From the NCBI GenBank assembly GCA_951406725.2, contig OX597836.1, positions 36,208,001 to 36,272,000 on the forward strand: DNA of 64,000 nucleotides, written 5' to 3'. This document shows, piece after piece, positions 42,767 through 56,157 of this stretch. The notes below the pieces were generated by a model. It saw only the letters and a list, made by a program, of their open reading frames with translations. It was not told the DNA's origin and did not search any database. Numbering within the stretch: the first letter of the stretch is position 1; each line of letters starts with the position of its first letter. This DNA comes from Octopus vulgaris (lineage: Eukaryota). A program made the position numbers and the translations under genes.

Positions 42767-43754
42767 CTATGTGTGTGCATACGCATGTACGTGTGCGTTG
42801 CATTTTTTGTGTATAAATGCATGATTTTTTTTAAGAGCTTGCATCTGTAAAAGTAATGTACAAGTATTCTAATTTTTAATTATTAATTGTAATTAGTAAT
42901 TTAATTAAGGATATTAACTTTTACTTATTTAATTGACTAGTCTGACTAATTTATAAATGTTGTTTAGCCAATTAGCTGTGAAATTAACTTTCTGTGGGGT
43001 AAGCCAGGTCACTGATTAGGTGCACGCACTGGTTGGTAGACCAGCAGTCTCTAATTGAGACCACTTACCCTAGTTTTTACCTCCCTTTAATCATAAATAT
43101 TTTTCTAATTCTTTTCCTTGTTTTTACTAATTTCACAATCCTATTTAAAAAAAACCTTTGGGATCAATTTCTCCACCAACCCCTTTTCATCCTAAATATC
43201 TGAATAGGTTTCTCTCTTAATAGTTATTCCATATTTATTTCTTTAATCTAGTATATAATGTCCTAAGTGTTTTAGGGCCACTTACGACATGCACCATTTC
43301 CCCAACCATTTATTTATTTACCTTACCTCCTATAACTTTCTCAATATCTGGTGTTTTCTTTTTAAACTTCAACTGACCATTTATATCGAACGTTGGACCT
43401 TGGCCTATTTCAGTTCGGACAACAGGTGTAAGGGCTTTATCACCTACTAGTAAATAAATGAAAAAATACATCTAATCGATTAGTACTTCCTTATAAATAA
43501 TATTAATTAGTACTATAAATATAATTATTATAACTTATTATGATAAATCTGAAACCTTATTAAATTTTCATCCCTTTTCCAACTAAAACATATTGGCCTA
43601 TCCCACTATTAATTTATTTTTGTTTTTATTATTTATCCATCGTATCCACCCCCACCACCGTACAAAGGATGAATCAACCAACAGCTATTTTTGGTTTGTC
43701 ATTTACTTAACGTCCCAAAGAGTTACACAAGCAAAATAGTATGACTGCAAAGAA

Positions 43755-43987
43755 CGCGGCGAGCTGGCAGAATCGTTAGAGCGCTGGACGAAATGCTTAG
43801 CGGTATTTCGTCTGCTGTTACGTTCTGAGTTCAAATTCCGCCGAAGTCGACTTTGCCTTTCATCCTTTCGGGGTCGATAAATTCAGTACCAGTTGCGCAC
43901 TGATGTCGATGTAATCGACTTAATCCCTTTGTCTGTCCTTGTTTGTCCCCTCAGTATTTAGCCCCTTGTGAGTAGTAAATAAATAGG
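43755..43987 (+). mobile_element. SINE group B
   Basis: Full head, domain and tail; TSD GTATGACTGCAA. Confidence 0.9.
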
Positions 43988-44023
43988 TATGACTGCAACC
44001 ATATTCAACTTTTCCTTTTTCTT

Positions 44024-44136
44024 CACTCTGATGAAGTTCTATGTCTCAGATCCGTTTTATTACTACATATGATAAATATTTTTAACATATCAATGGCAAT
44101 ACAATACAACATTGGAAACAGAAACAACTGTTAGTT
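44024..44136 (+). ncRNA. Degenerate type I HHR-like motif with long stem II insert
   Basis: CACT CTGATGA ...~85 nt... GAAAC AACT GTT AGT. Confidence 0.4.
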
Positions 44137-44997
44137 GCTATTGCCTTTTATTTTCACTATTTTGTAATATCCTTTTAAATTCTGATATCAGATACATACC
44201 AAAGTCGACGTTAAATTCATTTTGCTAGAGTTGATAAAATCCTGACGTTCATGTTCTGAAAATCTAACAATCAGAATTCCACTTAAATACTGAGGTCATT
44301 CGATTCAAGATGGATAAAATACATGACCATTTGAGTGTCTTCATTCATCATTCCAGAGAAGATAAATTCACATGGCCGTTTAGTATTGTCGCTTAGTTAT
44401 TTAAGGTTCAACAAAACAGTATACAGCTTATGAACAGATATATTTTCGAAGCATTCTGGGTCTTCTGCGTCTGATTGGCCGGGGCGCTATATTAGACATT
44501 TTTTAAATTTTTTTTAAACCAATATATTTCATCCTTTTAATTGATACTCGTAAACATATACGGAGCAGGTGTTCAATAATTTATAGTCAGTGTAACCTTT
44601 TAGAAACTCTTGAAAAATTAATTTGAATAATCGAATGCGAGATACAGTAACTTTTGTTTCCATAAATATCACTGGCACATGACATTAAACTCACAATGTT
44701 AGCTATTAGTCTAAATGTAAGGAGACAAGTTAGATATGTAATAAACGAACATTATTAAAAAGAGCAGCGATTTTTCAATATGAAATAATTGGTATCGGCT
44801 TAGTGACTTACTATGCATTGTCTATTGTGTTCTTGGAAATAGAGAATTTTAATGCCTCCCTTCATAATACACCAACAAATTTAATCTCAAATAACAATGG
44901 TTGAAAACGCTGGAAAATACAAGATTAGATACGAACACACACCCAAAATCATAGTAACATACATACTTTGACACATATAGAACATAGACTTAGACAC

Positions 44998-45033
<36 letters not shown>

Positions 45034-45268
45034 GCACTGCTGTACTTTCGATCGCAATGCCGTGGTTTCGAATCCCAGACGAGCGATCGGTGTTGCTCTT
45101 GAGGAAAACAATTCATTTTACGTTACTGCAGTTTTCACAACCGCAAATTGATAAACCTGTGAAGGATTCCGTTGGATTTAAGGGAATGTTTGGAAGCGCA
45201 ATATAATGGATAACAACATCTGATAATACAGTTTATATAGCGATCATAACCTCACCTCTTGCACCCCC

Positions 45269-45328
<60 letters not shown>

Positions 45329-45492
45329 CACCGCCTCTTATGTATGTGTGTGCATGTGTGCTTTTGTGTGTGTGTGTGTGTGTGGAACGGATAGAGAAAC
45401 TCACTTCTTTAATTGTAGAATTCCCCTCACAACGCCGACATATTTAGATATCGAAGATATTGAACGTTGTGTTACGCTGTGTTAACATTGTG

Positions 45493-45871
45493 TGTGGAGG
45501 CGCAATGGCCCAGTGGTTAGGGCAGCGGACTCGCGGTCATAGGAACGTGGTTTCGATTCCCAGACCGGGCGTTGTGAGTGTTTATTGAGCGAAAACACCT
45601 AAAGCTCCACGAGGCTCCGGCAGGGGATAGTGGTGATCCCTGCTGTACTCTTTCACCACAACTTTCTCTCACTCTTACTTCCTGATTCTGTTGTACCTGT
45701 ATTTCAAAGGGCCGGCCTTGTCATACTCCTCGTCACGCTGAATATCCCCGAGAACTACGTTAAGGGTACACGTGTCTGTGGAGTGCTCAGCCACTAACAC
45801 GTTAATTTCGCGAGCAGGCTGTTCTGTTGATTCGGATCAACCGGAACCCTCGTCGTCCTAACCGACGGAGT
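45493..45871 (+). mobile_element. SINE group C, full length
   Basis: Matches the group C text; TSD GTGTTAACATTGTGT. Confidence 0.92.
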
Positions 45872-46148
45872 GTTAACATTGTGTATTTTTTTCCCATTGT
45901 GTATTTTATACCTTGTGTATTTTTCGGATATATTAGTTTGAAACATATTTTCTATATCTAAATACGTTGACACAACCGAAACAACTATCGGCTTTGGAAG
46001 GGTAAATCTACAATTAGAGATGTGATGTTCTCTATGCATATTTCTCTTGTCTAATACTCTGAATTTTTCGCAATTCCTAGACGATAGTTGGACCTAATTT
46101 GCATACTTTTAATACCCTTCTTCTTCTTCTTCTTCTTCTTCTTGTTTC

Positions 46149-46309
46149 CTGATCAATTTAGATCAGTCTACAGCTTTCGATATGTTCGACCATCTTTACC
46201 TGGTGGCCGTCGTCAAGGTTTCGGATGTGTATTTAGGGGCTAGATCACTGCAACACGCAACGACATCTGTTTAGTGGTGAGAGTGAACAGACACCTCTCA
46301 GAGCCCTTT
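46149..46309 (+). pseudogene. Internal reverse-transcriptase fragment of a Tx1/L1-clade LINE
   Basis: Translates LINLDQSTAFDMFDHLYLVAVVK and NDICLVVRVNRHLSEPF (LDQ.KAFDRV.H and V.VNG.LS.PF motifs). Confidence 0.75.
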
Positions 46310-46933
46310 TTCTTCTTCTTCTTTTTCTTCTTCTCCTCGCACGTTCTTTATACAAATTACTCATGCCATTACCAAACTTTTATTTTTTTTCTTGATATTG
46401 CTAAAAACCGAAGTCTTAAAAACACCTAAGTTAAGTGTGCAATAATAATGGAAGTCTCACGAAGTGTAACTTCAATGTCTAAAACCGCCAAATATTGCGT
46501 AAATTTTCACTTCGAAAATTTACAGCAACTGACGCTGAAAGCAGAGTTGGTACAGAAACTATTGTAACTGATCATTAAAGATGTGATAAAGTAATTCTTT
46601 CTCTTATTATTTCCAAAATATTTTACGCTTCGCTAAACAGAGATAACGGTGTTACCGTCGTGAAACCAGCATTTTCTCTACACCTGAAGAATTTCGGTAT
46701 TAATCTGCAATCCGACAGCGTTGATAGACCAGAACTTGGCTTTAGTGCTGCATTGGAAATACCATATCATTATATCCTACCAGGCTCTTATATTATTGTC
46801 ATTATTATTATTATTATTGTTATTATTAATTTAATGTAAGAACTGCCTATAAACTTTTATAGCATGCTGACTATTTGACAGAAATCATTTACGTGATTTT
46901 TATCCTTATATTCCTTTATATACAGACACGCAC

Positions 46934-46981
<48 letters not shown>

Positions 46982-47281
46982 GGAGAGAGAGAGTGAGTGA
47001 GTGTACCAAGGTGTAGCCCCAGGCCTGTCTCTCTGCTGCTGTCATAAATCAGATGATCTGTTTGACAAGAGTGAGGAACTTTGAAATTTGATTCGCGAAA
47101 ACATGTTGCGCACAGACAGTGAGCGAGTGATAGAAGCAGGAATTTTTGAACACGATATACCTATATGAATGCATGGGTATGTGCGATTCCGCATGTATGA
47201 ACGTAAATTATCATACACACACAGATGTATACATACATACATACATACATACATACATACATACATACATACATACATACA

Positions 47282-47312
<31 letters not shown>

Positions 47313-47322
47313 TTATATATAC

Positions 47323-47512
47323 ATAATTGGATACAACTCACCCAACAAGAATTCACTACTTGAACAAAACTTGATAAAACTCACCCAACAATAACTCACT
47401 ACTTGAACAAAACTTGACTTAAACAGGATACGAATTATCCTATCAGGTGGTGCTATTAAGTTAGACATGGCCTGGACCAATCCTTGGTCGAAACATATCT
47501 AAGTTATCTAAG

Positions 47513-47514
<2 letters not shown>
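47323..47514 (+). mobile_element. CR1/L2-group LINE extreme 3' end with (ATCTAAGTT)2 tail
   Basis: Matches 11980-12130; contains an internal ~42-bp tandem duplication. Confidence 0.8.
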
Positions 47515-47571
<57 letters not shown>

Positions 47572-47827
47572 CAGTGTTTAACAAAATGAAGTATCATGAA
47601 ACAATTGTACTACTCTACCTTGGATATCATTGTTGCTTATTTTGATTATAATCACTCCATTTGATTTATATGGATAATACCATACCAAATTCTGGTGCCT
47701 TTAACTTAAATACCATATTCATCTGAATCTAAGTTGTGCTGAACCTCCTGTATTTTTCGGATATATTAATTTCAAACATATTTTCTATATCTAAATATGT
47801 TGACACAACCGAAACATCTGATATATA

Positions 47828-48377
47828 CAGGGTCAGGCAAATGATCTGACACATTTGTAGGTTAAATAAAAGGCATTGTTTTTCGTTTCTTTTTCAGTTG
47901 CTGCCATGAATTGGACTGGTGAGCATCGCATTTCATTGTGGAGACGTTTATCAAAACAAACGATTCTGTAACTGCAACACAAAGAGCGTTCCGTTTGCAC
48001 TTCAATCTTGGTAGACATGATCCCGTATCAGCTCGAAACACGATCTTGTTATGGGTTACCAACTTCAGAGCTACTGGATCTGCATTGAAACGAAAATCAA
48101 CCGTCGACCTCGCACCGCCAGAACTTAAAGATGCAATTCGTCAAGAAATTACTGCCATTCCACATGAAATGACCCGCCGAGTTATTGACAACTTTCGTGA
48201 ACGCCTTCGACAGTGTGTGGACAATAATGGATCCCATTTGACTGATTTAATTTTTAAAACATAATGAAACAAAATGGCATTATATGTACTTTTCAAAAAT
48301 AAAAACACTTTTTTTGTTTCTTTACTTCATTTGCCTTTTATTTAACCTACAAATGTGTCAGATCATTTTGCCTGACC

Positions 48378-48380
<3 letters not shown>
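47828..48380 (+). mobile_element. Internally deleted Tc1/mariner element (DUF4817-type N-terminus, rosa/DD41D-like), 553 bp
   Basis: ~48-bp near-perfect TIRs CAGGGTCAGGCAAATGATCTGACACATTTGTAGGTTAAATAAAAGGCA, TA flanks; FIVETFIKTNDSVTATQRAFRLHF..RNTILLWVTNFRATGS joined to ELKDAIRQEITAIP..NFRERLRQCVDNNGSHL. Confidence 0.92.
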
Positions 48381-48417
<37 letters not shown>

Positions 48418-48769
48418 TCTATCGTTTACCCACTCTCGCTTAGCTGAGTTACAGGAACGTAAACAAACCGAACCCGGTTGTTAGTCGATGGAATGGACCA
48501 ACATATGCATATATACATAAAACCGAGATAATTTCAGTTTCAAATCTGCTCACAAGGCTTCGGTCACCTGTCTGAATAAACGTTCTTCATGTTCACCTGG
48601 CCCTGATTACTGTCTCCTCTCTTCAGAGATGTTTAGCAAAATGTACGTAAGTGAATCTACTAGTCATATATGTTCTCAAAAAGAAAAACTCATACAGTGC
48701 ATGATATGCATTACATCGACATCACTTGGTATTTAATTTATTAATGTATAATTTAATTGAAGGTAAATT

Positions 48770-49222
48770 ATGTTGCCAGACATAGGGTCTTCCAACAGCC
48801 ACCCTCTTGACCCAGAGCAGCACCACCGCTTCCAGGCTCTTGATGTAGGTCTTCGTGTTGAGCTTGAGGCCGTGTGGGAAGATGATAATTGGCATAATAT
48901 ATAACGTTGCCATCACTAGTGATCCCTCCAAACACTATAATGTTGACTGGATGTTAGATTTGTATTACTCTTGGAACATGTTCGTATTGGAGCTTGCAGC
49001 ACGAATAACGAGCACTACAGCATATCTTTCCCAAATTTCTTGCATCATGGTGCATCATGGTGCATCATAGTGCATCATGGTGCATCATGGTGCTGTTTTT
49101 CTCGCGGGCGGTATCTAACTCACCTTGCTATACTGTATAGTCAACAAAATCAAAAGCAAATCAAGCCCATGCCAGAAATTAAAATCATAACTTTGCGCAA
49201 ATTCCCCATCGCACCGTGTATA
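48770..49222 (-). mobile_element. maT/DD37D-like transposon relic
   Basis: HPVNIIVFGGITSDG..IMPIIIFPHGLKLNTKTYIKSLEAVVLLWVKRVAVGRPYVWQ; TIR-like end TA-CACGGTGCGATGGGGAATTTG. Confidence 0.75.
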
Positions 49223-49914
49223 TAACCAAATGGAAATTTTATATATGTATATATATAAGCATATTTATATAGTTATATATACATTATATACGTATGTGTC
49301 TATGTGTTGTTATGTATCCGGAAAAATTTGTCGTATATGATAACCACATATTTTTGGGTATTGTGTTTGTTCTCTGAGAATTACCAAGATTTGTGACTGA
49401 TATTTCAATATGATTGTTGCCAGAAATCTATATAATAAAAGGTATCTGCATTTTCCCAAATCTTAACATTTATGAAGTGGAACAAGTCTTAAGTTCTGAA
49501 GTATTCTAACTAAGTATATAGAACACATAAGAAACATACACGCATAATCAAATATTGATGTGATGTTGTTCGGAAGAGATATGTAAATTATTAGAAATAT
49601 ACTATGTATACCTACTACCTTTTCTTTGTATAAAATTTGAACATAAAATTCAGGTTGCACAAGAAATATCACAGGCGTGATATTTCTGCCATGACTTATA
49701 GCTTCCTTCGTACAAAGATAAATTGTAACCTGAGTGAAAAGTATGGAAGATGTAAATTGTAATAGCCTATAATGTTAACTTTGTAGCTGAGAATGGTTTC
49801 TGAAAATTAACAATGTTACAGATACACACACACAAATCCCCGCAGAAACACACACTCACACAGTCACAGACACAGACACACACACACACACTCACACATA
49901 CACACAAACATGTA

Positions 49915-50090
49915 TATCCACCTTTCACTTGTTTAAGTCATTAAATAGCGGCCATTCTGGAGTAGAGCCCTGAAGAAATTTTAGTCGAATGAATCGACAT
50001 TCTCTACTTATTTTTTAAAACCTTGGTATTCACTTTATCGCACACTTATACCGAACCGCTAAGTTATGGGGATGTAAACACACCAACAGT
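49915..50090 (-). mobile_element. SINE group A, 3' fragment
   Basis: CACTTGTTT.AGTCATT...CCGAACCGCTAAGTTATGGGGATGTAAACACACCA. Confidence 0.7.
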
Positions 50091-50124
50091 GAAGTGCAGC
50101 AAGCGACCACCCACAAACTTGAAA

Positions 50125-50615
50125 GCAGGTTGTGTGTTATATTTCTTTAACGAGATTCTTCCCACCGACAGGACCATCAATTTGGACGTGTACTGGGATC
50201 TGCTAAACAAATTAAACGCAGCTATCCACCAAATGCCAATTGTAAGGGCATTGTCTTTCCTTACTACGACGCCAGGAGGTATTTTTCAGATGCGGCAGGG
50301 GTTACATAATATTGCCGTTTCCTCCATATTCACCCGAACATAATCCTTCAGATTTCCACCTGTTTCGGTCTTTTTCAATGTTCATTGAATTGTCAGACCT
50401 TCAAATCTGAAGGGCAAAGAATAATTGATGAGGAAGAGTTTTTCTCCAGTAAAGACGATAAATTCTTTGAGCAGGGCATATTGGCTCTATCCACGAGGCA
50501 GCAGAAAATACTGGAGGTAAACGGTAGCTATATAATTGAAAGAATGTATCGACTTCTCTAAAATCTGTGTATTATAGTTGCTTAAAGAAACGAACTGGTG
50601 TCTTGGCCAACATGA
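50125..50615 (+). pseudogene. Mariner transposase relic, 3' half
   Basis: YFFNEILPTDRTINLDVYWDLLNKLNAAI; PPYSPEHNPSDFHLFRS; QKILEVNGSYII; TIR-like end TTGGCCAACATGATA. Confidence 0.75.
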
Positions 50616-51262
50616 TATGTAACCTCTGCCTGGCAGCACGGCTTGATATACAGTAATGGGTATTTGCTGAAAAATAAACACACTGATAACTACAAATATC
50701 GCATCCCCTTGCCAATCCACTCCCAGACTAAAATTTTGTGCTAGTGGTAAAAACAGACGGAAAGTAATGATTACTTAGAGAAAGCAGTGTAAATACACGA
50801 GTTTGTTATTCTAATTGGAGAAATGAAATAAAATTGAATAAGTCAGCTAATCGATAGTGTTTCAATCAAAACATTAAAAAATCGATATTATTCCGACCTT
50901 CCTGGTGACGAAGATCCATCGTCTCAGCAAAAGCCGAGACATTGTTCGGCTACATTACCGAAATGAATATTATAAATTGATAAGTAATTGAGTTAAAAAC
51001 TCTATATCAGATATTCTCAAATGAGAAATATATTATCGCAATTCTTTTGCATTCATTTTTTTTTTATGGCGCTTTTATTGATTTATTCAGTGAAGGTGAC
51101 TACGAATCGAAAATGGTGTCTGTGTGTCGTCTGGAATACCTTACTATATTAGTGCCGACGCTCTACACTCAGTTCAAAACCGTCAGAGGCCAATATTGCC
51201 TTTCATCCTTTCGGTATCGAGAAATAAAGTAGTGGTCATATGCTGAGGTAATAATCCAAAGC

Positions 51263-51673
51263 AGATCTTTTCGGTTTGAACGGCAGTTTTTTCTAGCGGT
51301 GTCATACGAAATTGTCACCCATAATTGTGACCCTAGTATCGATCTATTGCATTTCAATCTGTTTTAGGGTTAGGGGTGGGGGGAAGGGTATCTTTTTTCT
51401 TCACAAATGTAAATAAACCCAATCTGTTTCTTAAACGAGGGACATATTCATACGGCACAGAATGTTTTTTACTTCAATGGACATCAGTGATTGGTTGAAA
51501 TTGCAGAAATTGAAGAAAAGGAAACAACAAATATCTTATAAACTATAGAATTTTCTCAATAAAGCCAAGAAAAAAAGATGTTTTATAAACACATTCTACC
51601 AATATACGAAGTTTAAAATTTTTTAGTTATTTAGAAATTATGTTGAAAACTGCCATTCAAACCGAAAAGATCC
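51263..51673 (-). mobile_element. Second copy of the 8-bp-TSD MITE, inverted relative to 15728-16165
   Basis: TIRs (A)GATCTTTTCGGTTTGAACGGCAG / CTGCCATTCAAACCGAAAAGATCC; degenerate TSD TCCAAAGC / TCTAACGC. Confidence 0.88.
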
Positions 51674-52673
51674 TCTAACGCTTATCTCCCTTTCAGTCGT
51701 TTTAGTTTTTTTTTTTAAATTTTTTTTGTCTGTCGCTGTGATTCCTGTTTGATTAAAAGATAGACTCGTTGAACGGTTATAAAGAGTAACGTTCTCGTTA
51801 AGACGACGGAGGTCGTTTGGAGTCTCGCGTAGTTGTAGTCGAAATACGTCGTGTGAATACATTCCTTTACCTCCAGTTCGTTAAATCATATATCCAAATG
51901 CAAGCATATAAACGTATCTCTCACTTTTCTTCCTTTACCCTTCTATTTTCACACTTCTTTTCCGCAAGCCCAAGAAGAGTCCTAAGCGATAACGAGAAAA
52001 GAGCCCTAAGCGATACCTCTTACTAAACGTTTCTTTATAAATATGGGAAAGGACTTGACCATCTTTAAACAGACTGATGTAAAGTAGAGCATTGGATAGG
52101 AATAAAGACACCATAGGATGTCTCACATATACTAGAGAGAAACTGTAACTCTTACCATGAAATTTTGAATGTAGTGAAAGTCGGAGAGCAACTCACCTTT
52201 GTACTAGAGATACAGGTGAAACTATAAATCAAGTCGGATTAAATGTATTAATCAACGGCAGAAGTAAATTTAGTGATAATAGTAAGAATAATAATTATAA
52301 TATATATATATATATACATACATATATACACAAACATATATATACATATATATACATACATATATACACAAACATATATATACATATATATAGATACATA
52401 TATACATATATATAGATACATATATACATATATATATACATATAAACACATACATACATATATATATACATATAAACACATACATATATACGTATACATA
52501 TATGTAATTCTATATATATATACATATGTATATATACATACATGCATACATACATACATACATACATACATATCAACAGTTAGACAGAAAGAAAAAGTCA
52601 TGCTTCTTCGTACAAAATTCAACATGTTTCTAACTTGCCGTTGGGCCAACGGCAGCAAAATATATATATATAT

Positions 52674-52805
52674 AGAAGAGCAATTAAAAAACTTATCTTT
52701 CGTGCGTGTTGAATGATCAAGTTTTAAATAAATGAATTGTCGGTGTTTTATTTAAAATTTGATCATTCAACACGCATGGAAGATAGTTTTTTTAACAGCT
52801 CTTCT
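52674..52805. repeat. ~130-bp foldback (inverted repeat)
   Basis: AGAAGAGC..TATCTT..TGCGTGTTGAATGATCAA..TTTTAAATAAA mirrored by TTTATTTAAAA..TTGATCATTCAACACGCA..AAGATAG..GCTCTTCT. Confidence 0.85.
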
Positions 52806-53078
52806 CCCTCTTTGTATGCTTCTCTCTCTATATATATATTTATATACAATAAAGGTGGCTTATTCGCAATTAGCAACCGAATCTCAGAATTATAGACGTC
52901 ACTAAATTGACTAACGATGCTAATTAGCACCAGCATTGCTAAACATAAGAGTCAAAACAACCGGATGCTATAGGGACCCTGCATCCCTTGATAGTCGTAA
53001 GATAAGTGCTTTCTCGTGGCTAAGAGTTGGTTTGACTCTTATTTCTTGCAATTCGGGTGCTAACTAGTACACTTAACC

Positions 53079-53117
<39 letters not shown>

Positions 53118-53379
53118 CTAAGTAAACGACTCAGAAATTGACGTAATTTCTCTATACAAAAGACAGGATTTGACTTACATGCTGTAATAACTGTAGGCAC
53201 ATATGTTTGATCTTTTAGTGTTATGTATTTCAGGCACTGAATCGCAGACTTGCTGAAGCACCCGACTGATGAGCTACGTTGAACAAATCTATCCTCGTTC
53301 TTATCATTTGAGCTCGGTATTAATCCTGTTGTTCTCTTTTGACGAACACCTACGTTACGTAGATGTAAGCAAGACAAAA

Positions 53380-53905
53380 TGGATCGTTTATCTATGTTGG
53401 TAGACAAACACAAAAACACACAAACACATGCGCTCATACACAGCGCGCACACAGCATATATACATCTTTATGCATAAATATATACGACAGGTTAAGCGGC
53501 GAGCGTAACCTGTCGTATATATTTCGGCAGTATTTCGTCTGCCGTTACGGTCTGAGTTCAAATTCCGCGGAGGTCGACTTTGCCTTTCATCCTTTCGGGG
53601 TCGATAAATTAAGTACCAGTTACGCACTGGGGTCGATGTAATCGATTTAATCCCTTTGTCTGTCCTTCTTTGTCCCCTCTCTATTTAGCCCCTTCTGGGT
53701 AATAAAGAAATATATATATACGACAGGTTTCTTTCAGTTTCCATCTATCAAATCCACTCGCAAATGTTTGGTCAACCCGTGGCTACAGTAGAAGATACTT
53801 GCCCAAGATGGAGTGTAATGTGCAAGTTGGAGCGCAATGTGCATGAACCCAAGACCGCGTGGTTGAGAAAGAAATCTCTTACCCTCACAACCACACCTGC
53901 ACCTT
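53380..53905 (-). mobile_element. SINE group A (minus) interrupted by a SINE B insertion
   Basis: CGACAGGTTTCTTTCAGTTTCC..CTTGCCCAAGATG..CACAACCACACCTGC. Confidence 0.7.
53494..53711 (+). mobile_element. SINE group B with rearranged 5' end
   Basis: TSD TATATACGACAGGTT; head contains an inverted copy of the flank. Confidence 0.85.
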
Positions 53906-54234
53906 CTAATTTTGATTAAGTCTCGTTCATTCTTCACGCGATTAAATATTCGTTTGGTCTGAAATCTTTTTAATTAAATGAAAGCCTTAGTTTCCTGCAA
54001 AACAACTTGGTAAACATAAAACAACCTACAGTTCACCAACAACACTCCGATAAATTTCCAACTCTTTTGTCTAATATTAATATTCAATACAGTGCGTCAC
54101 CTAAAGCTATTATATAGGTCAGGATACAAATAATTAGAATAATAACTCAGGTTAATAATCCATTAATATCTGTCTATATATGTTTTTTTCTTTCAGTTTT
54201 TTTCTCCTTCTCTGTATTTCTCACTCTGTATATA

Positions 54235-54474
54235 TTGTTCTCTCTATCTCTTTCTGTATCTTTCTCTCTCTCTATATATATATATATTGCTCTCTTACGC
54301 TCTCTCTCTGTAGCTGTCTCTCTATATGTTGCTCTCTCTCTCTCTATCTCTATCTCTTTCTGTATCTTTCTCTCTCTCTATATATATATATATTGCTCTC
54401 TTACGCTCTCTCTCTGTAGCTGTCTCTCTATATGTTGCTCTCTCTCTCTCTATCTCTATCTCTTTCTGTATCTT

Positions 54475-54511
<37 letters not shown>

Positions 54512-54670
54512 TGCTCTCTTACGCTCTCTCTCTGTAGCTGTCTCTCGATATGTTGCTCTCTCTCTCTATCTCTATCTCTCTGTTTCTGTATTTTCTCTAT
54601 ATATATATATATTGCTCACTTACGCTCTCTCTTTGTATATGTCTCTCTCTATATTGCTCTCTCTCTATAT
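54235..54670. repeat. ~105-bp CT-rich minisatellite, about 4 units
   Basis: TATTGCTCTCTTACGCTCTCTCTCTGTAGCTGTCTCTC repeated. Confidence 0.9.
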
Positions 54671-55213
54671 ATATATTTCTGTCTCTCTGTCTCTCTCCAT
54701 TATTCTTTTTGTGTTTTTCCTTTAACAACCATTTCGTACATTATTCATATTTTGTTTTCTTTTTGTGTTCTGATATTATTTCAATTATGTTCAACAAAGA
54801 CATAATTTATACACTTGTAATATTTGATTCTGAACGACATCAGCTTTTCATACAGATATATACTTATGCGCATGCACAAAAACACACACACAAACACACA
54901 CAGCAAATATATTGACACATATTTGTGTGATGCATTTATACGTGTACGTACACATATGCGCTTCTGCCGAACACAACAGACCCACACTTAAAATATTACA
55001 TAGAATGAGACTATCACAATTCCTTATACTCGAATTCACTTCTAATAGCATCACCACGAATGATGCTGCATGCATACGCTTACCACGGATGAAATCATAT
55101 CGAACCAAGAGAATGGTACTGGATACTACATCCTAGGACATCTATGCAGTAGAAACACTTATCGGGAGACGCTTTACTGAGAATATATTGTACATATATA
55201 TATATATATCTTT

Positions 55214-55599
55214 TGTGGAGGCAATGGCCCAGTGGTTAGGGCAGCGGACTCGCGGTCATAGGATCGCGGTTTCGATTCCCGACCGGGCGTTGTGAGTGTT
55301 TATTGAGCGAAAACACCTAAAAATTCCACGAGGCTCCGGCAGGGGATGGTGGTGATCCCTGCTGTACTCTTTTGCCACAACTTTCTCTCTCACTCTTACT
55401 TCCTGTTTCTGTTGTACCTGTATTTCAAGGGGCCAGCCTTGTCACTCTGTGTGTCACGCTGAATATCCCCGAGAACTACGTTAAGGGTACACGTGTCTGT
55501 GGAGTGCTCAGCTACTTACACGTTAATTTCACGAGCAGGCTGTTCCGTTGATTCGGATCAACCGGAACCCTCGTCGTCGTAACCGACGGAGTGCTTCCA
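55214..55599 (+). mobile_element. SINE group C, full length
   Basis: Matches the group C text; short (CCAT)-like tail. Confidence 0.92.
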
Positions 55600-55614
55600 T
55601 CTATCCATCCATCT

Positions 55615-55824
55615 CTCTTTTACTCTTTTACTTGTTTCAGTCATTTGATTGCGGCCATGCTGGAGCACCGGCTTTAATCGAGCAAATAGACCCCGGGACT
55701 TATTCTTTTGTAAGCCCAGTACTTATTCTATCGGACCCCTTTGCCGAACCGCTAAGTGACGGGGACGTAAACACACCAGCATCGGTTGTCAAGCAATGCT
55801 AGGGGGACAAACACAGACACACAA

Positions 55825-55857
<33 letters not shown>

Positions 55858-56027
55858 ATATATACGACAGGCTTCTTTCAGTTTCCGTCTACCAAATCCA
55901 CTCACAAGGCATTGGTCAGCCCGGGGCTATAGCAGAAGACACTTGCCCAAGATGCCACGCAGTGGGACTGAACCTGGAACCATATGGCTGGTTAGCAAGC
56001 AACTTACCACACAGCCACTCCTGCGCC
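55615..56027 (-). mobile_element. SINE group A, full length
   Basis: Near-exact reverse complement of 2064-2468. Confidence 0.92.
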
Positions 56028-56081
<54 letters not shown>

Positions 56082-56157
56082 GGGAGTAAATCCAAACTTA
56101 CAGGGAAAAATTAGATTTAGGACTAAATCAAATTTCACAGTATAAATATAAATATAA

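Noticed and set aside
45493-45570. tRNA-like sequences with A and B boxes
   Set aside because: They are heads of multi-copy SINEs with TSDs and have no proper acceptor stem, so they are not called tRNA genes.
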